Part shown: positions 56,103-64,000 of the stretch, in pieces
Layout of the letters: each line of letters begins with the position of its first letter
Numbering within the stretch: position 1 is the first letter of the stretch
Position numbers and translations under genes: made by a program
Notes under the pieces: model-generated
Databases searched by the model: none
Seen by the model: only the letters and a program-made list of their open reading frames with translations
Told to the model about the DNA's origin: nothing
From: Octopus vulgaris
Lineage: Eukaryota
Assembly: GCA_951406725.2 (NCBI GenBank)
Contig: OX597826.1
Location: 14,632,001-14,696,000, forward strand
Direction: 5' to 3'
DNA: 64,000 nucleotides

Positions 56103-56820
56103 TGTATGAATGTATTTATGTATGTATGGACATATGAATGTATGTATATTGTATGTAAAAATATACATATACATACAGATATGAGTATATGAACCTCTGT
56201 GTGTATACTTATATTTATATATGTATGCATACGTATATATATATATATATGTTTATATACGTGTATATCTGAATATATATGCATATATATGTGTGTGTAT
56301 GTGTGTGTGTATATTTGTGTATGTGTGTGCATATGCATTTATGCCTCCCCACTGACCTTCCTACTATGAAATCTGGTATGTGGCATGTTTCAGTTCAGTT
56401 CCCCATACACCTTTTGCAAGCAGACTATACCATGCTTCTTTATTCCGTTGCCTGCCATAAGTAGACATCATCCAAGCTATCCTAAATACTTCACGTGAAA
56501 TCTGAATTGCCAAATTAAGATTTCGAAATTGATTTAGAGCATAAAATCTTACTATATTCGATAAAAAAATCAGGATCATCTATTGACGTTAATCTTGTAC
56601 AAAGTGAATGAGATCATATAATTAAGAAAATTCGTGAGCGTAATGTTTTTAAGATACCTAAAATTACATGGGAGTATCGGACAGGGAAAACAAGAGATTA
56701 CGGTAAACATTTTTACAAAGAAATCCCTAACTACATTGCGGCTGTATCAATGGCAAACTGGAGCCATAACAATTAGTAAATAATGTCACATTAGTATTTG
56801 TGCTTTCTTCTTTTTACACA

Positions 56821-57235
56821 GGTGCAGGAGTGGCTGTGTGGCAAGTAGCTTACTTACCAACCACATGGTTCCAGGTTCAGTCCCACCGCGTGGCACCTTG
56901 GGCAAGTGTCTTCTACTATAGCCTCGGGCCGACCAAAGCCTTGTGAGTGGATTTGGTAGAGGGAAACTGGAAGAAGCCCATCGTATATGTATGTATGTAT
57001 GTATGTATATATATATATAGATATGTGCGTGTGTGTTTGTTTGTTTGTGTGTCTGCCCCCCCCTCCCAGCAACGCTTGACAACCGATGCTGGTATGTTTA
57101 CGTCCCTGTAACTTAGCGGTTCGACAAAAGTGACCGATAAAATAAGTAGTAGACTTAGAAAGAATAAGCTCTGGGGTCGATTTGCTCGACTATAAAGGTG
57201 ATGCTCCAGCATGGCCGCAGTCAAATAAAAGAATA
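56821..57235 (+). mobile_element. Family 2 SINE
   Basis: Full-length copy with CCTTGGGCAAGTGTCTT CORE-like segment. Confidence 0.92.
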
Positions 57236-58217
57236 AAAAATTGCATATTTTTATTTATTAAATACATGTTTTGGTTCTCGTGAATAACTTAAATCATTAG
57301 AATATTGATTTCCTTCTTTTTTACGTTGTAGTCAGATTTGGGGTAGAAATATACACTTGCAGACGCGCATGTACTCTCTCATACACACATACACACATGT
57401 ATACGTTCGACTGAACTCTTAAAGTGGTGCGTCAGCATAGCCACAGTGCAATAGCTGAAGTCAGTTGGTGATTGCATGAAAATACAAGAGTTACGGAACT
57501 GCATTTAATTAGTGTACTGGTTGGCGTGTGAACATTGTCTTCTGGACAATATTTTCCCAAAGAGGATGATAATCATGTGGTTGTTTGTGGTATGGTTATT
57601 TTTGTATCGAATACCTGGAATAAACTAAAGGAATTTGTCACGCATACAACCTGCGTAAATAGACACTTGGTGATGTACGTGAGAAAATATATTTTACGGA
57701 TAGTGTTATCTTCAGCTGTCGTTCAAAAATATTTCCATTGTTATAAGACAAAAACAAAAGCAACAAAGAACAATATTTAATTTGTTTATTCATGAATAAA
57801 TAAATAAGTGGATGAATAATAGTTGCTGCTTGTTTTGTTTTTCTTCCTAATCTAAACTAACTTTCAGGACACCTTAGATGTCTGTATTTCATATCTTTTG
57901 ACTATGTCCTTTGAAAAATATCATATTTTTACTAAACTTTCAACAAACACGTACATATATAGACATATCATATACGCTTATAGCTGTGTGTAGGTACTTG
58001 ACTGTGTGTCGGTGAATGTTCACAAACACACGTACACACACTCACACACATAGGTATCTGCCTGTCCATTCTCATATGTATTCACATCTATTATTTATTA
58101 TATAACACACACATGTATACATATCATACAAATATAAACACATAATATGTTGGAGTTAATTAAACATGAATACATATACATTTATGTTTATATGTACATA
58201 TGTCTGTATGTATGCAA

Positions 58218-58265
<48 letters not shown>

Positions 58266-59154
58266 GTCTGTATGTATGCAAGCATATATATATATAAACA
58301 TATATATATAAATATATATATTTACATAAATATATATATACATATAAATATATGTGATAATCTATAACATAATATAACATATAAAATCTGCACACCACTT
58401 CAAACAATGTATGTATACATACACACACACACATATATACGCATATATGTATATGTAGATATATGTATGTATATATATATGTATACTTTATATATATATT
58501 ATATATATATATATATACATACATATATAAATATATATGTGTGTGTACATATATACATATGTATGTACACATGCATGTGCATATTTATATATATGAACAT
58601 ATATATCTTACATGTGTATAAATATGTCTATGTATGTGTATATATATATATATATGACATACATATACAAACTTATTCAAATATATATATTTACATATGC
58701 AAATAGCAGGTGGTGTGGGTGTGTGCGTGTGTGTGTGGTGTGTGTGTGTATTTATGTATTCTGTGTTTGTGTAGAATATATAATGCATTTAAATTAAAAT
58801 ATAAAAAAGAACAATTTTGGCAAAGTGACATTTTATATTGTTCAATTAACAAACAGTATGAGCGCACCGTTGTTAGATATATATGATTTTGATACCATAT
58901 TGCATAATATTTTGTTCTTTCTATTGTTATTGTTACATTGTTACTATTGGTATTGTTGGTAGTTGTAATAGTGGAATTGTTCTTGCCATTGTTATATCCT
59001 TTTGTATATTTGGTTGCACTAGAAACAGTTTGGTTGGCAGAGGGAGTAAATCAGGTAAACCTCTAAGTTGGTAGCTATATAACTAAAGATATATCTTGCG
59101 AAAGACAAAAGATTGGACAAGCTAGTGATAGATACGAGCGTAATGAATCAAAAC

Positions 59155-59190
<36 letters not shown>

Positions 59191-59461
59191 AAGCACAGAT
59201 TTATAAATATTTAATTTCAGAGAAAATTATCCAAGCTAAAACACGTTTCTTTCAACCAGAACATTTTAATAATCTCTTATTAAATGAACTGAATTTTTTT
59301 CTTTTGAATATTTTGTTTTGTTTTATAAATACCTTTGTTTTGTATAGTGAGTCTACGATGTGTACGTGTGTATTTAATCGTCTAAACTTCTGTCTACTGT
59401 CCTCTTGGCGTTTTGTCTTTTTTAACTCATAAACTAATGTCTATCTCTTGTCAATGTTTCT

Positions 59462-59905
59462 TGCGAGGTGGCAGGATCATTAGCACGTCGGGCAAAATGC
59501 TTAGCGGCATTTCGTCCGTCTTTACGTCCTGAGTTCAAATTCCACCGACGTCGATTTGCTTTTCATCCTTTCGGAATCTATAAAATAAGTACCAGTAAAC
59601 CATTGGAAGTTATTGTAATCAACTAACAGGTCTCAAACACCCCATACCTCCAACCCAAATTACTAGGCTTGTGCCAATATTTCGGATCTATCATAGGCGG
59701 CGATCTGGCAGAATTGTTAGCACGCCGGGCAAAAATGTGTAGCGGCATTTCGTCTGTCATTCCTTCCTAAGTTGAAACTCCCTCGAGGACCACTTTACCT
59801 TTCATTCTTTCGGGGCCGATAAAATAAGTACCATTTGAGCTCTCGAGTCAATATAATCGACAATTCTCTTCCCCCGAAATTGCGGGTCTTTTGCCAAAAT
59901 TTGAA
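59462..59905 (+). mobile_element. Two adjacent diverged family 1 SINEs
   Basis: Heads at ~59465 and ~59696, each followed by CTTTCAT.CTTTCGG...TAAAATAAGTACCA. Confidence 0.8.
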
Positions 59906-60102
59906 TGCAATATTTCTTTCCTCCCAACCATGTCAATCAACAATATTCTCATTTGTCCCCTCGTTATCGACTTTCTTTTCTTTAATTTCCCCTCTCCCAT
60001 GCACATACAAGCACGCACACACACACATATATAGTATATATAGTTTGATGAAAAACCTTCAACGCAGTACTCCACAAACTGAAACAACTAAGAGATAAAA
60101 TG

Positions 60103-60139
<37 letters not shown>

Positions 60140-60404
60140 CAACAATTGAGGGTAAAATTAATTAATTATTAATCAATTTCACCAAGTATTCAGTATGTAA
60201 AGGGACCATTTTAGGCGAATTCAAAATATTACATTTTATATAAGGGCTTAGTAAAATAAATTACTTTGCCACATACTGAACTCATTAGAAATAGCAGCTA
60301 AAGAAATTTCTTCAGCTATTTCTAATACTTAAAGAAGATCTCTCTCAGATAGTGTTTGCCTAGACCAACTCACAAAGGTATGGGGGAAAAAACATTAAAA
60401 AATC

Positions 60405-61387
60405 AAGTGCAAAGGCTATTTGAGAAGGTACGTTTCTAGATTAGTCAATTCGACATTTCTTTCGTCAGCTCAGAATTCCTTGAATCGGATTTGGGAACAC
60501 TGAAAGTCGGGAGCATACCCTTTCGGCTTCTTATCAGCTCTAGAATTCTGCTCGAACTAAAAGTGCTATCAAATCCGAATATGCAAGCGAAGAATTTCTG
60601 CTCTCCCCTTTCCACCTTTATTTTACTAAGCCCATGTATATAAAATATATATATATATATATATAATTATCATCCCATAAATGATGCGGTTTAATTCAAT
60701 TGCATAATCAATTTCATCATCATTCAACTATAAAAACAGGTAGTAATTTTTACATTGTATTTATTCTTAGTACAAGTTTTTGAAGAGTGCAGTTCGATTT
60801 GAAGTTATTTTTTCAAAGCTATAATGGAAATGACAAAGCAGCATATTCGGCATATTTTGCGATGAATATCAATGCAGCATATGGGGATTGGACAATAAGT
60901 GCAAAGGCTATTTGAGAAGGTACGTTTCTAGATTAGTCAATTCGACATTTCTTTCGTCAGCTCAGAATTCCTTGAATCGGATTTGGGAACACTGAAAGTC
61001 GGGAGCATACCCTTTCGGCTTCTTATCAGCTCTAGAATTCTGCTCGAACTAAAAGTGCTATCAAATCCGAATATGCAAGCGAATAATTTCTGCTCTCCCC
61101 TTTCCACCTTTATTTTACTAAGCCCTTATATAAAATATATATATATATATATATATTGGGTCATCCCATAAATGATGCGGTTTTTCAATTGCATAAACTA
61201 CCTGCATCATCAACTAACTATAAAAACAGGTAGTAATTTTCCCTTGTATTTATTCTTAGTACAAGTTTTGAAGAGTGCAGTTCGATTTGAAGTTATTTTT
61301 TCAAAGCTATAATGGAAATGACAAAGCAGCATATTCGGCATATTTTGCGATGAATATCAATGCAGCATATGGGGATTGGACAATAAG
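60405..61387. repeat. ~492-bp tandem duplication spanning a repeat junction
   Basis: AAGTGCAAAGGCTATTTGAGAAGG starts at 60405 and 60897. Copies near-identical except around the (TA)n and mariner left end. Confidence 0.92.
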
Positions 61388-61666
61388 CATAAACCAGAAG
61401 ACGAGCCTCATCCTGGAAGAGCTATAGAGCTGAACGAGGACATCCTGCAAACGCTGGTGGAACAAAATCCCATCGTAACTGTTGAAGAACTAACAGAGAC
61501 CCTTGGATTTGATCCTCCAACCATTCACTGACACCTGCGACTGAAGGAAAATGACTACCTTTGGTTCCAATACGAAATGTGTTCTTCCATCAGGATAAAG
61601 CTCAAGCCATATACAGGGAGAATGACATTCCAAAGGCGGGAGCAGTTTTAATGGAAACGATGCTCC

Positions 61667-61707
<41 letters not shown>

Positions 61708-61714
61708 CAGTCTT

Positions 61715-61787
<73 letters not shown>

Positions 61788-61919
61788 TTCATTTTATCTC
61801 TTCGTTGTTTTAGTCTGTGGAGAACTTCCGTGGAACTGCGTTGAAGGGTTTTTATCAAAAATGAATTTTCTGAAAAATAAAAGTATTAAAAAACCGCATT
61901 ATTTATGGAATGACCCAAT
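61155..61919 (+). mobile_element. Internally deleted mariner with both TIRs
   Basis: TIR ATTGGGTCATCCCATAAATGATGCGGTTTTT (from 61155) and its inverse at 61889-61919 (2 mismatches). Remnants MEMTKQHIRHIL, EDEPHPGR, FFHQDKA. Confidence 0.88.
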
Positions 61920-61925
61920 GACCCA

Positions 61926-62045
<120 letters not shown>

Positions 62046-62161
62046 TTCATTTTATCTCTTCGTTGTTTTAGTCTGTGGAGAACTTCCGTGGAACTGCGTT
62101 GAAGGGTTTTTATCAAACGAATTGAACCTGTACATATTTATCTAAAACCTAGTACTCTCTC

Positions 62162-62221
<60 letters not shown>

Positions 62222-62553
62222 GTGAAGGCGCATGTGGTTAGAGCGTAGAGCTTACGATTGTGAAGGTTGTGAGTTCGATTCCCGGACCAGGCAGCGTGGC
62301 GTGTTCTTGATCAAGACACTTCATTTCACGTTGCTCCAGTTCACTCAGCTGTAGAAATGAGTTGCGACATCACTAGTGCCAAGCTGTATTGGCCTTTGCT
62401 TTTCCCTTGGATAACATCAGTGGTGTGGAGAGGGGAGGCTGGTATGCATGGGTGACTGCTGGCCTTTCACAATCAGTCTTACCCTGACTTGTGCCTTGGA
62501 GGGTAACTTTCTAGGTGCAATCCCATGGTCATTCATGACCGAAGGGTGTCTCC
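62222..62553 (+). mobile_element. Family 3 tRNA/CORE SINE
   Basis: Homologous to 12301-12646; follows (TA)n. Confidence 0.9.
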
Positions 62554-63010
62554 TACAGTACTATATATAATACTTTGAGCTTTTTGTCTCCAAAATCCAC
62601 TCACAAGGCTTTGGTCAATATAAAATATCTATATTATACACCAATCTGTCTGGCCATGGATTCGCAGCCTAAAATTAGTCCACATGTATAACAGTCTCTA
62701 ATTCCGCTGTGTTTCCACATAGCCTCACCGAGTATCTCTTATGCATTGGTAGATGAAAAAAAAAAGAAATTTATAAAAGAAATTCAATTGAACTATTTTT
62801 ATAATAGTTCTCGTCGTTTTTATCGCTGTTGTCGTTGTAGTTGCCATTGACGTTGTCATAGTTGTTATTGTTGGTGGTATTGGTTGCGGTGGTGGTATTT
62901 AATATTTCTGTTGCTGGCGTTTTCAATGCATTCATGGATTCCAACAGGCTGTTCTTCTTATTCAAGTAGAAATCGCAATTATATTTTTAAATCAAGTCAC
63001 ATACCCATTA

Positions 63011-63060
<50 letters not shown>

Positions 63061-63082
63061 TAATAATCATAATAATAATAAC

Positions 63083-63176
<94 letters not shown>

Positions 63177-63263
63177 TGATATGATGATGATGATGATGAT
63201 GATGATTTCAATTACACAAATACGCCATTGCGTCCTTGTGGCAAATGAATTGAAGCACCTCTT

Positions 63264-63350
<87 letters not shown>
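63011..63350. repeat. (AAT)n, (GAT)n, (CTT)n and (ATT)n microsatellites
   Basis: Seen directly. Confidence 0.97.
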
Positions 63351-63351
<1 letters not shown>

Positions 63352-64000
63352 TAAATAACATTAATAATTTAGCTTTATAGGTCAATACATTAAAAAGAAG
63401 TTATTCAAAATTGAAAATAATTACAATAGTACGTTGCACTCCGTCCATCCATATATCCTCCCGACTATATAAAGTCTTCTAAGCCATACTTTACCTCCTG
63501 ACTCAATGTGAGGGTGTATGCGTGTGCATGTGTGTGTGGGGTAGTATGTTTGTGTGTGTGACTGTATGAGAGTGTGTACGTATGTGTTTGTGCGTGTGTC
63601 TGCAAATTGTAAGATACTTTTAAGGCACAAATCAAGATATCTCAGTTCAAATATTACAATATATACAGAATAAAGTGTACAGCATTCAAAGAATTAGTCT
63701 ACAATTATATGCATAACATCGGAATACATACAAAAGACATACATATTAATATTGAAAACAGGGATACAGAAATTAAGACCATTTAAACAAAAATATAGGA
63801 ACCCCGTTCACAACAAATATTTCTAGAACACTATAGAAATCATTACCACGATGAAACAACTCTAAGATCGCCATCAACAAGGAAGTTTGTAGCTCAAAAG
63901 CCTTGACCCAAAACATTTTATCTTTGTCATTTAAAAATATATTTGCAAAATCATAAAGCTAAGCGTAATTAATATCATAGTTAGAACTGTAGCGATATTT

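Noticed and set aside
60440-60560. Minus-strand CTGATAA...GAAA and CTGACGA-AA-GAAA hammerhead-like strings
   Set aside because: Core or stems are incomplete; possibly decayed PLE motifs but not supportable by eye.

Overview
AT-rich, repeat-saturated eukaryotic DNA, intronic or intergenic. The SINE families and microsatellite load resemble an octopus genome (inference from recalled SINE sequences, not verified). I could not identify any intact host protein-coding gene; most ORFs in the track are microsatellite artefacts. Recognisable content is decayed mobile DNA: Tx1/L1-clade LINE pieces, several R4/Dong-clade LINE fragments beside (TAA)n tracts, CR1-group and Penelope RT relics, Tc1 and mariner relics, Helentron/HINE-like elements, a fold-back MITE and three tRNA-derived SINE families. 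The most interesting signals are: (1) about ten type-I hammerhead-ribozyme-like motifs in short non-coding Penelope/retrozyme-like elements, one with an intact catalytic core inside a ~460-bp terminally redundant unit at 25875-26598; (2) a SINE whose target-site duplications all start with its own 3' tail (G)GTAT and which forms headless self-tandem arrays; (3) co-oriented stacks of (TAA)n-associated retroelements. All calls come from reading by eye; coordinates are approximate.
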